From: Burkholderiales bacterium | GTDB taxonomy: Bacteria; Pseudomonadota; Gammaproteobacteria; Burkholderiales; SG8-39 | DNA: 64,000 nt | Reading direction: 5' to 3' | NCBI GenBank assembly: GCA_049802235.1 | Contig: JBARMB010000096.1 | Location: 7,473 to 71,472, forward strand | Shown: positions 37,581 through 47,689 of the stretch, piece by piece | Layout: each line of letters opens with the position of its first letter | Numbering within the stretch: the stretch's first letter is position 1 | Notes under the pieces: generated by a model | Databases searched by the model: none | What the model was told of the DNA's origin: nothing | Seen by the model: only the letters and a program-made list of their open reading frames with translations | Program-made: the position numbers and the translations under genes

Positions 37581-38705
37581 TCATCCCGCAAAGGCAAGAC
37601 CGGGATTTGCACTCTCATCGGTCAAATCGCGCCTGACCGAACGCTCGCGCGCCAGGCGGTTCCGTCCCAGACGCTCGTCCACCAGTGTGACGATCTCGTG
37701 CAGCGTGTCGGACTGGAGTCCTCGTTGGCGGGCGATCCGCCGGACCAGGCTGTCGACCCGCTCGATGTGCTCGGCGCCGCCGAAAAGCGCGCGCGCCGCG
37801 GAAGACGGTTTGCCCAGGCTCTCGGCGGCCTTGGCGTACTTCTCGAAAGGAACCAGGTCGGCAGACCCGGCGCCCAGCCCGGTGCAGAGTTGCGCCACCC
37901 AGTCGTAAATCTCCCGGGATTTGTCGACGTTCCCGTGCACCGCCTCCTTGATGGGGATCATGTCGTTCGGCTGGATGCAGCGGTAGTTGCCGGTGATCAG
38001 CATCGGCCATTTGGCCAGCGGCACGAAAATGGAATCGTGCACCTTGAGCTTCACCGGAATTTCGATGGCGCCGTCGCCGAGGTGGAACCGGACTTCCTCG
38101 ATGTCGGCCTCGAGTTTCCGCAGCAGCGCGGTCGGCTCCCCGGCTTCGAAGCGCGCCGCCTTGAAATTGGTCGGCAAGCCCACCTGGAGAACGTTCTTCG
38201 GCTGATCCGCCGGGCGAAATGCCTGGGGATCGGGGCTCGCCAGCGTGATCAGCCCCGGTTCGAAGCCTTCCCAGACCGCGGGATCCGCGTAGCAGCCCTC
38301 CAGAGCTTCCGTCGAGAGCCCGGGAATGCGTTTGAGGTAGGGCAAAGGCGGCATGTTCATGATCGCCAGGCACGGCTTGCGCGCGCGGGCGACACGGCCC
38401 ATCAGCTCCCGGACGCCTTGCGAGCCGTACTGGGCCTCCTGCATGCCGAGCACGACCAGGTCGAACGCGCTGGGGTCGATTTCGTCGGGCGTGCCCGCGG
38501 AAAGCACGCCCGGAAGTTCCTTCGAGGCGATCTCGAGCAGCGATTCCCGGCCCCGGATCGGGAAGCGCACCACGGTCCCTTCACGGTTGATCAGCTCGGC
38601 GGTGGGCCGGGTGCAGACCAGCGAAACCCGGTGCCCGGCCATCAGCAACTTGGTGCCCAGCAGCGAGCCGTAGGAGGCCCCCAGAATGAGAACGCGATAT
38701 TTCAC
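37581..38705 (-). CDS. NAD(P)-binding Rossmann oxidoreductase, ketopantoate-reductase-like (family uncertain)
   Basis: 374 aa with a GTG start and GGAGGG RBS. The N-terminal dinucleotide fold is KYRVLILGASYGSLLGTKLLMAGH. It is divergent from the XRE-family regulator. Confidence 0.55.
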   Translation of the reverse strand: MKYRVLILGASYGSLLGTKLLMAGHRVSLVCTRPTAELINREGTVVRFPIRGRESLLEIASKELPGVLSAGTPDEIDPSAFDLVVLGMQEAQYGSQGVRELMGRVARARKPCLAIMNMPPLPYLKRIPGLSTEALEGCYADPAVWEGFEPGLITLASPDPQAFRPADQPKNVLQVGLPTNFKAARFEAGEPTALLRKLEADIEEVRFHLGDGAIEIPVKLKVHDSIFVPLAKWPMLITGNYRCIQPNDMIPIKEAVHGNVDKSREIYDWVAQLCTGLGAGSADLVPFEKYAKAAESLGKPSSAARALFGGAEHIERVDSLVRRIARQRGLQSDTLHEIVTLVDERLGRNRLARERSVRRDLTDESANPGLAFAG

Positions 38706-38833
38706 GATTCGGCCCTCCGCTCAAGCACGCCATGGTCATCGGCGTCGATACGGTGCATCATAGGCCCAGAAATCGGTAAAATTGACTATGGAAATTTCAC
38801 AATGTTAATTTCACACTCTTCCATGAACCGGCC

Positions 38834-40399
38834 ATGACCCAGCACACCCGCAACAGCCACTTCCTCGGCACCAAGTTGCGCGCCTTGCGCAAACGCAACG
38901 GCCTGACCCTGGAAGAGCTGTCGGCGCGCTGCATTCAACTGGATTCGCAGAGCGCGCCATCGGTCTCCTACCTGAGCATGATCGAGAGCGGCAAGCGGGT
39001 TCCGTCGGAAGGCGTGCTCGGGCTGCTGTCATCATTGTTTCAGCGCGAACCGCGCTGGTTTCTCGACGGCAATCCGGAAACAGAAACCCCTGCATTCAAG
39101 CAGCGGGCCGGCGGCGCGGCGGGTGTGCCGCTCGAACCTGCGTTCCTGTTTTCGAAGGAGCTGCTGCAGGCGGCGATCCCCGAGCTGCTGGCGCAAACCG
39201 GCACCACCGGGCGGCAGTTCGCGCATCTGCTGATCCGCTCGCATCAGGAGATGTCGCGCAACGACTTTCCGGATCTCGAGCGATCGGCGGAGGGCGTCGG
39301 CGAGCGCAAATTTCCGCTCGGCGCCGACGACCTGATGCGTCTCTGCAGGCACCACGGTCTGACCCTGCGCTGGTTCGACCGCAAGCCGGTGCTCGCGCGC
39401 GACAACGATCGCGAACTGCGCAGCATGGTGCGCTCGTTTTTCGAAGCGCCGCGCACCGTTTATCTGAATCGCGAGCTGCAGGCCGACCCGGCGCGCCTCA
39501 AGTTCGACCTCGCCTCGCACCTCGGCCACAAGGTCCTGCACGAAGGCGACGGACTCAAGTCCGCGCATGCCACCGGCGGGGAAATGGGCGGCAGTCCGGA
39601 AGGCGGCGCGGAAATCGCCGCCGGCATGAACGCGCAGGACGTGCTGCACGCCTGGCGCGATTTCGAGTGCAGTTTCTTTGCCGGCGCACTCTTGTGTCCC
39701 AAGATCCCGTTCCGGCGCTTCCTGACGCGCGAATCCTATCGGGTCGAAGCCGGAGAAAAAATCGAGCTCACGCCGGCGGTGGTGATGCGGCGCATGACCA
39801 AGGTATCGCCGTATCCCTACTGGCATTTCTTCGACGCCTATCCGCCCGGATATCTGCGCGCGGTGTATCGCGGCAACGGGATTCCCCTGCCCTGGGGCAA
39901 CATGGCGCAAGTCACCGACCCCTGTCCGAACTGGGCCGTCTTTCGCATGCTCAACGAGAATCGCGGTCCCGATCGCGGCTCGCAGATTTCAGTGCTGCGT
40001 GACGGCGATCAATCCCTGCTGTATTGCTGCCACTCGCGGCGCACCGACGACATGGCGGGCAATCCCCACGTGCTGTCGGTCGGGATCGATCTGCTGCCGG
40101 CGCTGCGTTCGCACGGCGTCGATGCGGAAGATATCGTCGCGAGCATCACCGGCGAATGCCTGCATCACCATGGCGAAGCGAGAATTCCCAGGGCCGCCGC
40201 AGAGGCGATCAAGGGAGCGGCCAAGGTGCTGAACATCGCCTGGGTCGAGGATGCGTTATCGAGTCCCGCACGCATCATCTGTCCGCGCAGCACGCATTGT
40301 CCGCGAACGGAGCATTGCGACGGCGCCAGCGCGTCGCGCGCCCGTGAAATTACCGACGTGCGCGAGGAGATCATCAGCAAGGCCAAGCGCGGACGCTGA
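38834..40399 (+). CDS. XRE-HTH regulator with ImmA/IrrE-like and Cys-rich C-terminal domains (short-chain acyl-CoA regulator ScfR/PrpR/RamB-like)
   Basis: 521 aa. It has an N-terminal HTH (LGTKLRALRKRNGLTLEELSARC...YLSMIESGKRVPS), a central HLGHKVLHEGD (HExxH-like), and a C-terminus with several Cys (CPNWAVF, LYCCHSRR, ICPRSTHCPRTEHC). Confidence 0.65.
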   Translation: MTQHTRNSHFLGTKLRALRKRNGLTLEELSARCIQLDSQSAPSVSYLSMIESGKRVPSEGVLGLLSSLFQREPRWFLDGNPETETPAFKQRAGGAAGVPLEPAFLFSKELLQAAIPELLAQTGTTGRQFAHLLIRSHQEMSRNDFPDLERSAEGVGERKFPLGADDLMRLCRHHGLTLRWFDRKPVLARDNDRELRSMVRSFFEAPRTVYLNRELQADPARLKFDLASHLGHKVLHEGDGLKSAHATGGEMGGSPEGGAEIAAGMNAQDVLHAWRDFECSFFAGALLCPKIPFRRFLTRESYRVEAGEKIELTPAVVMRRMTKVSPYPYWHFFDAYPPGYLRAVYRGNGIPLPWGNMAQVTDPCPNWAVFRMLNENRGPDRGSQISVLRDGDQSLLYCCHSRRTDDMAGNPHVLSVGIDLLPALRSHGVDAEDIVASITGECLHHHGEARIPRAAAEAIKGAAKVLNIAWVEDALSSPARIICPRSTHCPRTEHCDGASASRAREITDVREEIISKAKRGR

Positions 40400-40488
40400 T
40401 CGGGCTTGACGCTGTCAAGGACGCAGCAGGTCGAGCGCACGCGCTACGGAGCGCGGCGCTCGACATCCATATCCTGGGGCGCGGCGCG

Positions 40489-41148
40489 TCAACCGATCGA
40501 TCCCATGGATCCCGGATAGCTCACTTCCTCGAGCTTCCCGGTGTCCACGTCGTAGATGAATCCGCGCACCGTGACCGCGTCCGGCCCGCTGGTCGGGATC
40601 CATGGGTGGTTCAGGATCGAAGACATCCCCCGCCGCACGTCCCACGCCAGGCGTTCAGTTTGCTTCGCGGTGCGCGGGGCGTCGAGCGGCTCGATCGCGC
40701 CGCGGAAGGCATGAAACTGGGACGGCGTCGACGCGCACTTCTTGCAGCTCATGAACGCCCGTCCCGTCGCCTGGCCAAGCAGTTTCTCGGCCGCCGGGTC
40801 GCCCTCCAGACCGGCCTTGAGCAAGTCGTCCGTGAAGGCGAGCATGCCGCAGCGGGTATGGTGGATCAGGATGATCTCGTTGGTATTGAGCAGATGATGC
40901 GAGATGATAAGGCAGCGGATCACATCGTCGCCCACCACGCCCCCGGCGTTGCGGATGACGTGCGCGTCGCCGGTCTGCAGGCCGAGCAGGTCCTCTACGT
41001 CGAGCCGCGCGTCCATGCAGGCGACGACCGCCACGTGCTTGGCCGGGTTAATCGGCTGCTTTCCCGGGTAAACGGGCTTGTGCATCGCCTGCCCGCTCGC
41101 GTACTGCTTGTTGTTTTCCAGATACCGATCGGTGTTCGCGTTTGCCAT
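40489..41148 (-). CDS. Clade-D beta-carbonic anhydrase family enzyme, carbonyl sulfide hydrolase (COSase)-like
   Basis: 219 aa with a strong AAGGAGGAA RBS. The zinc ligand pattern is C44 ([10 protein letters not shown]), H97 and C100 (IHHTRCGML). The long C-terminal extension ends [17 protein letters not shown]. Confidence 0.8.
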   Translation of the reverse strand: MANANTDRYLENNKQYASGQAMHKPVYPGKQPINPAKHVAVVACMDARLDVEDLLGLQTGDAHVIRNAGGVVGDDVIRCLIISHHLLNTNEIILIHHTRCGMLAFTDDLLKAGLEGDPAAEKLLGQATGRAFMSCKKCASTPSQFHAFRGAIEPLDAPRTAKQTERLAWDVRRGMSSILNHPWIPTSGPDAVTVRGFIYDVDTGKLEEVSYPGSMGSIG

Positions 41149-41309
41149 GGTTCCTCCTTGTTGAAATCACGGGGCCGGCGCCAACGTTCGTCGCGCCGGT
41201 CTCGCCACCGGTCAGGGCGGCGTGAAAATATACTACTTCAATCTCGAAGTCCCCGGAGCCCGTCGCTTGACATAGGCGTAAAGGACATGCCGCCGCGGCA
41301 GTCCCTTGG

Positions 41310-41438
41310 GCGATCGGCGACGCTGCGACGGTCATGGCCGATCGGGGCGCCGCAACCCGCGTCGTGGAGCTCAACGGGCGCACGGTGATCCCCGGCCTGA
41401 TCAATTCGCACTCGCACCCGATACGCGGGGGCCGGTGA
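41310..41438 (+). pseudogene. Relic of an amidohydrolase (YtcJ-like metal-dependent hydrolase) N-terminus
   Basis: AIGDAATVMADRGAATRVVELNGRTVIPGLINSHSHPIRGG followed by a stop. The GRTVIPGLI.SH.H motif marks the start of the amidohydrolase fold. Only ~42 codons remain. Confidence 0.45.
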
Positions 41439-41724
41439 CCCCACCAATCCGGGATGGGGTCGGGAGCCGGGAATCTCTACGATTGACCGGTCCTGAAATG
41501 GGGATGGGGTCGGCGACGGTTATTCCCTGATTTCAGGAAAGGGTGACGACAGATTATGAAAATGCGAGTTATGATGAATGGCAATTTTGCAAACTATTGA
41601 ACCTCAGGCATCTGCATGTCACCCCTGATTCTCGAACTCTTCGTCGCAAGGCAGCGATGGCTCGAATGCTTCGCGCCCAAGGCGCCGAAGGATCACTCAC
41701 TCACGCCAGAAAGGGAGACCGCTG

Positions 41725-41829
41725 ATGGGCAACCGTGACAGACAACGCAGGGAACCGAAGAAGCCGAAGCAACCGAAGAAGCCCGGTCCGGCAGTTCGCG
41801 TATGGAGATTCCATCCCGATTCAGCGTAG
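41725..41829 (+). CDS. Possible small basic Lys/Pro-rich protein (34 aa)
   Basis: MGNRDRQRREPKKPKQPKKPGPAVRVWRFHPDSA, with a GGGAG RBS 8 nt upstream. It lies upstream of the nitrilase. Support is weak. Confidence 0.25.
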   Translation: MGNRDRQRREPKKPKQPKKPGPAVRVWRFHPDSA

Positions 41830-41894
41830 CGCTGATGCCTGACGGCGCATTCGGGCGCGGACGTTAGCCCGACGAGGATCAGGGGAGGAGGGCA

Positions 41895-42836
41895 ATGCGA
41901 ATAGCCGTGGTTCAAAAGCCGTCGTCGCTGTTGAACCGTTCCAAGACGATCGCTGACGCCGTCGCTGCGACCCGGGAGGCCGCGGCCCAAGGCGCCCAGT
42001 TGGTGGTGTTTCCGGAGGCGTTCATTCCCGGCTATCCGGCATGGATCTGGAGGTTGCGGCCCGGTGGAGACATGGCGCTCTCGGACAAGCTTTATTCGCA
42101 ACTGCTCGCAAACGCAGTCAACCTCGATGGCGACGATCTGACGCCGCTGCGCGAGGCGGCGAAGGAGCACCAGGTCACGGTCGTCTGCGGCATGGACGAA
42201 CGGGACGCGGATTTCAGCCGCGGGACCCTTTACAACACCGTTGTCGTCGTCGGCCCGGACGGCCGCCTGCTGAACCGGCATCGAAAAATGATGCCGACCA
42301 ATCCGGAGCGGATGGTATGGGGGTTCGGCGACGCTTCCGGCTTGAAGGCGATCGATACGCCTTGTGGTCGCATCGGCACGCTCATTTGCTGGGAAAGCTA
42401 TATGCCGCTTGCGCGCTGCGCGCTTTACGCCTCGGGGGTCGAGATCTACATCGCCCCGACCTACGATGCCGGGGACAGATGGGTCGGCACCCTGCAACAC
42501 ATTGCGCGCGAGGGCGGATGCTGGGTCATTGGAAGCGGCGTGGCCTTTCGGGCTTGCGACATTCCGGACAGCGTTCCAGGCAAGTCGGATCTGTACCCGG
42601 ACCCGGAGGAATGGGTCAACCCGGGAGATTCCGTGGTAGTCGAACCGGGCGGGAAGATCGCGGCCGGGCCGATGCGGCGCGAATTGGGAATTCTCTACGC
42701 GGAAATCGACCTCGAGCGCGTCGGCATCGCGCGGCGCGCGCTGGATGTCGTCGGCCATTACTCCAGGCCGGATATCTTCCAGTTGCGCGTAAACCGGAAT
42801 CCGCTCAAGCCGGTGGAATTCGAGGCACCCAGGTAA
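41895..42836 (+). CDS. Nitrilase (carbon-nitrogen hydrolase superfamily)
   Basis: 313 aa with a GGAGGAGGG RBS. The Glu-Lys-Cys triad context is VVFPEAFIPGYP, HRKMMPT and GTLICWESYMPL. Confidence 0.85.
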   Translation: MRIAVVQKPSSLLNRSKTIADAVAATREAAAQGAQLVVFPEAFIPGYPAWIWRLRPGGDMALSDKLYSQLLANAVNLDGDDLTPLREAAKEHQVTVVCGMDERDADFSRGTLYNTVVVVGPDGRLLNRHRKMMPTNPERMVWGFGDASGLKAIDTPCGRIGTLICWESYMPLARCALYASGVEIYIAPTYDAGDRWVGTLQHIAREGGCWVIGSGVAFRACDIPDSVPGKSDLYPDPEEWVNPGDSVVVEPGGKIAAGPMRRELGILYAEIDLERVGIARRALDVVGHYSRPDIFQLRVNRNPLKPVEFEAPR

Positions 42837-42865
42837 TTCATCCGTAAGGCCCGGCGGAGGTCTGC

Positions 42866-43480
42866 ATGGAAGACATCCCGATGTATCACGAAGGCTCGCG
42901 GCGGCTGCAGGACCGGTTCGACACGCGCAGGCTCGCCGACCGGCTGGTCGAGGTACTGGCGCGAACCGCGTTCACCGATGACGACCGCGCGTTCATTGAA
43001 AGCCGCCCGCTCTTTTTCCTCGCCACGGCCGACGCCGAAGGCCGGCCCGAGTGCTCGTACAAGGGCGGCCTGCCGGGGTTCGTCCGGGTCGTGGACCCGC
43101 AGACGCTCGCGTTCCCGAGCTACGACGGCAACGGCATGTTCAAGAGCCTCGGCAACCTGTCCGTCAATCCGCATGTCGGGATGCTCTTCATCGACTTCGA
43201 GAGCCCCAAGCGCCTGCGCGTGAACGGACAGGCGAGCATGAATGAGGGTGATCCGCTGCTCTCCGAATTCACGGGCGCGCAGCTGATCGTGCGTGTCCGC
43301 GCCGAGGCCATCTTCCCCAATTGCCCTCGCTACATCCACAAGATGCAGATGATCGAGTCCTCGTCCTATGCCCCCTGCGAGGGCCACACGCCGCCGGTGC
43401 CGAAGTGGAAGCAGTTTCCGGAATTCCGCGACGTGCTGCCGCCGGGGGATCCGGCCAGGGATAACAAGGGCGAACGCTGA
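42866..43480 (+). CDS. Pyridoxamine 5'-phosphate oxidase-family FMN-binding protein
   Basis: 204 aa. FFLATADAEGRPECSYKGG...NGMFKSLGNLSVNPHVGMLFIDF...RLRVNG is typical of the PNPOx-like split-barrel family. Confidence 0.7.
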   Translation: MEDIPMYHEGSRRLQDRFDTRRLADRLVEVLARTAFTDDDRAFIESRPLFFLATADAEGRPECSYKGGLPGFVRVVDPQTLAFPSYDGNGMFKSLGNLSVNPHVGMLFIDFESPKRLRVNGQASMNEGDPLLSEFTGAQLIVRVRAEAIFPNCPRYIHKMQMIESSSYAPCEGHTPPVPKWKQFPEFRDVLPPGDPARDNKGER

Positions 43481-43561
43481 GGCGAGGCAGCCTCGCCGGT
43501 AGCCGGCCGACCGCCCGTCGTCCGAACGGTCTTGGCGGCATTACGCATCGGACCGTCGCGC

Positions 43562-43756
43562 TTACTTCACCTCGTCGATCCAGGCCATCTGGATCGCCTC
43601 GAGGATTTTCTCGCCGCAGTGCTTCGGATCGTCGTCGAAGCCGTCGAGCTCGCTCACCCACTCGAACAGGTCGGTGAAGCGCACCCGCTGCGGGTCCACG
43701 TCCGTGTGCTTCTCCGAGAGCGCGATGGCGATGTCGAGCGTATCAGTCCATTTCAT
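43562..43756 (-). CDS. iscX: Fe-S cluster assembly protein IscX
   Basis: 64 aa: MKWTDTLDIAIALSEKHTDVDPQRVRFTDLFEWVSELDGFDDDPKHCGEKILEAIQMAWIDE. The ATG at 43756 is internal to the 185-aa track ORF. Confidence 0.85.
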   Translation of the reverse strand: MKWTDTLDIAIALSEKHTDVDPQRVRFTDLFEWVSELDGFDDDPKHCGEKILEAIQMAWIDEVK

Positions 43757-43806
43757 TGTCGGTCCCCTTGCCGCCTCCGGTAATTCGTCACCAACATAAA
43801 GGACCG

Positions 43807-43989
43807 GCCGTCGGCGGCTGCGGCAATCGCGGTCGGTCGCATCCCCACAGAGTGGGGCCCCTGCTTCCTGCTCATGCCGCCGCCTCCGAAACGCTGGTGC
43901 GAGATTGACGCTCGCGCCGTCGGCGGCTGCGGCAATCGCGGTCGGTCGCATCCCCACAGAGTGGGGCCCCTGCTTCCTGCTCATGCCGC
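43807..43989. repeat. Two perfect 74-bp direct repeats (43807-43880 and 43916-43989) between fdx and iscX
   Basis: GCCGTCGGCGGCTGCGGCAATCGCGGTCGGTCGCATCCCCACAGAGTGGGGCCCCTGCTTCCTGCTCATGCCGC occurs twice, 109 bp apart. Each copy holds a CCCCAC-AGA-GTGGGG hairpin. Confidence 0.9.
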
Positions 43990-44327
43990 TACTTGATTTC
44001 CTTGACCATGTTGATGGTGTATTTCGGGATCTCGATGGTGAGATCGCCGTCCTTGACCAGCGCCTGGCATGACAGCCGCGAGGTCGGCTCGAGGCCCCAG
44101 GCCTTGTCGAGCAGGTCATCCTCCTTCTCTTCCGAGGGATCGAGCATCTCGAAGCCCTCGCGGATAACGACGTGGCAAGTGGTGCAGGCGCAGGACTTCT
44201 CGCAGGCGTGCTCGATCTCGATGCCGTTCTGAAGCAGGTTGTCGCAGATCGACACGCCCGGCTTGGCGTCGATGACGGCGCCTTCGGGGCAGAGTTCCTC
44301 GTGCGGCAGGACGATGATCTGCGGCAT
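43989..44327 (-). CDS. fdx: ISC-type [2Fe-2S] ferredoxin
   Basis: 112 aa: MPQIIVLPHEELCPEG...CEKSCACTTCHV...SRLSCQ. Confidence 0.9.
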   Translation of the reverse strand: MPQIIVLPHEELCPEGAVIDAKPGVSICDNLLQNGIEIEHACEKSCACTTCHVVIREGFEMLDPSEEKEDDLLDKAWGLEPTSRLSCQALVKDGDLTIEIPKYTINMVKEIK

Positions 44328-44332
44328 GGCGC

Positions 44333-46200
<1,868 letters not shown>

Positions 46201-46201
<1 letters not shown>

Positions 46202-46734
46202 CAGCCCTCCAACCGCTCTTCGGCGGCGTCGATTTCGTCGCGGAACTTCTCCAGGAACATCAGCTGTCGCAGCGTCGTCGCCGCCGCCGCCCAGGCGCCC
46301 TGCACGTCGAGTTGCGCCTCGAGCTTCGAGAGCAGCGCGTCACGGTCGCGTTGCAACCGCGTCGATAGTGCATCGAGGCGCGCAGCATCGCCGGCCTGCG
46401 CGGTTTCGTCCAATGCTTCGCGCAACTCCAGCTGCTCGTCGAGGAATCCCGGCGGCATCGCAGTGTTGGTTTCGAACTGCGGATCGACGCCGTGCAATTG
46501 CAGCAAATAACGGGCGCGCGCAAGCGGCGACTTCAGCGTCTGGCAGGCCTCGTTGACCCGCGTCGCGAGCTGCATCGAGACGCGCTGCTCGGCCGGCGAG
46601 GCGGCGGCAAAGCGGTCCGGGTGCACTTCACGCTGCAGCTCGCGATAGCGGGTATCGAGCTGCGCAATATCGACGCTGAAACGCTGCGGCAGACCGAACA
46701 GCTCGAAGTGGTTATGTTTGAGATTGAGCGCCAT
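46201..46734 (-). CDS. hscB: Fe-S protein assembly co-chaperone HscB
   Basis: J-domain [15 protein letters not shown]...[11 protein letters not shown] prefer ATG 46734, because the track start at 46746 is a TTG inside a hairpin. Confidence 0.9.
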
Positions 46735-46744
46735 ATTAGTCAGC

Positions 46745-46768
46745 AAAAAGGGGGCTCAGGCCCCCTTT
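46745..46768 (-). terminator. Terminator-like hairpin between iscA and hscB (possible internal attenuator)
   Basis: On the coding (minus) strand the sequence is AAAGGGGGC-CTGA-GCCCCCTTTTT, a 9-bp GC stem with a T run, 11 nt before the hscB ATG. Confidence 0.45.
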
Positions 46769-46780
46769 GGTCATCGCACC

Positions 46781-46810
46781 CCGTCATTCCCGCTTTCGCG
46801 AAGAATGACG
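46781..46810. repeat. REP-like palindrome, copy D
   Basis: CCGTCATTCCCGCTTTCGCGAAGAATGACG, the same family as 19299-19327, 20754-20785 and 24340-24378. Confidence 0.7.
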
Positions 46811-46815
46811 AAAGA

Positions 46816-47139
46816 TCAAATGTTAAAGCTTTCGCCGCAGCCGCACTGGTCCTTCACGTTCGGATTGTTGAACTTGAAGCCCTCGTTCAGCCCTTCTCTG
46901 GTGAAGTCCAGCTCGGTGCCTTCCAGATAGGGCAGGCTCTTGGGATCGACCACCACCTTGACGCCGTGGCTCTCGAACAGCAGGTCCCCGGGATTGACTG
47001 CATCGGCGTACTCCAGCTTGTAGGCCATTCCGGAACAGCCGGAGGTGCGCACGCCCAGGCGCAGGCCCACGCCCTTGCCGCGCTTGGCGAGGAAGCTGGC
47101 AACGTGGGATGCGGCTTTTTCGGTGAGAGTAACCGGCAT
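46816..47139 (-). CDS. iscA: Iron-sulfur cluster insertion protein IscA
   Basis: 107 aa: [17 protein letters not shown]...GCSGMAY...CGCGESFNI. Confidence 0.9.
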   Translation of the reverse strand: MPVTLTEKAASHVASFLAKRGKGVGLRLGVRTSGCSGMAYKLEYADAVNPGDLLFESHGVKVVVDPKSLPYLEGTELDFTREGLNEGFKFNNPNVKDQCGCGESFNI

Positions 47140-47147
47140 GGCTGACC

Positions 47148-47561
47148 TCAGGCGGCCTTCGCGGCCTGCTCCACGGGAGCAATGCCGTGCTTCTTGCGAT
47201 AATCCTCGACCGCCGCCTTGATGGCGTCTTCGGCCAGGATGGAACAGTGGATCTTCACCGGCGGCAGCGCCAGCTCCTCGGCGATCTGGGTGTTGCGGAT
47301 TGTCTCCGCTTCGTCGAGCGTCTTGCCCTTCACCCACTCGGTGACGAGCGAAGAGGACGCGATCGCGGAGCCACAGCCGTAGGTCTTGAAGCGGGCGTCT
47401 TCGATCACGCCCTGCTCGTTGACCCGGATCTGCAGCTTCATCACGTCGCCGCAGGCCGGTGCGCCGACCATGCCGGTGCCGACATGCTCGTCGCCCTTGT
47501 CGAAAGAACCGACGTTGCGCGGATTTTCGTAATGGTCTATGACTTTGTCGCTGTATGCCAC
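47148..47561 (-). CDS. iscU: Fe-S cluster scaffold IscU
   Basis: 137 aa with a GTG start and AGGAGAG RBS. Motifs are [25 protein letters not shown] and LPPVKIHCS. Confidence 0.95.
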   Translation of the reverse strand: MAYSDKVIDHYENPRNVGSFDKGDEHVGTGMVGAPACGDVMKLQIRVNEQGVIEDARFKTYGCGSAIASSSLVTEWVKGKTLDEAETIRNTQIAEELALPPVKIHCSILAEDAIKAAVEDYRKKHGIAPVEQAAKAA

Positions 47562-47689
47562 TTTTCTCTCCTAGCTTAGCGGGTAATTGGGTGATTGAGC
47601 GATTAGGTGATTGGGTGATTGCTTCGTCACCGCTCGCCAATTACCTAATCACCTAATCACCTAATCGCCAAATCGCCAAATCACCTGTT
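47562..47689. repeat. Intra-operon word-array palindrome P2 (inverted blocks of period-8 words)
   Basis: GGTAATTG GGTGATTG AGCGATTA GGTGATTG GGTGATTG, then the spacer CTTCGTCACCGCTCG, then CCAATTAC CTAATCAC CTAATCAC CTAATCGC CAAATCGC CAAATCAC. It fills the iscS-iscU spacer. Confidence 0.8.

Noticed and set aside
41543-41725. 60-aa ORF in the AT-rich part of the beta-CA/nitrilase spacer.
   Set aside because: It has no RBS and no recognisable motif, and it lies in a spacer that already shows decay (an amidohydrolase stump). It is more likely promoter or relic DNA.
43757-44119. 185-aa ORF extending iscX upstream through the 74-bp repeats, and the overlapping 60-aa ORF 43753..43935.
   Set aside because: The IscX family is ~65 aa and the conserved sequence starts at the internal ATG 43756. 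The upstream part only translates the duplicated repeat (GMSRKQGPHSVGMRPTAIAAAADG twice).
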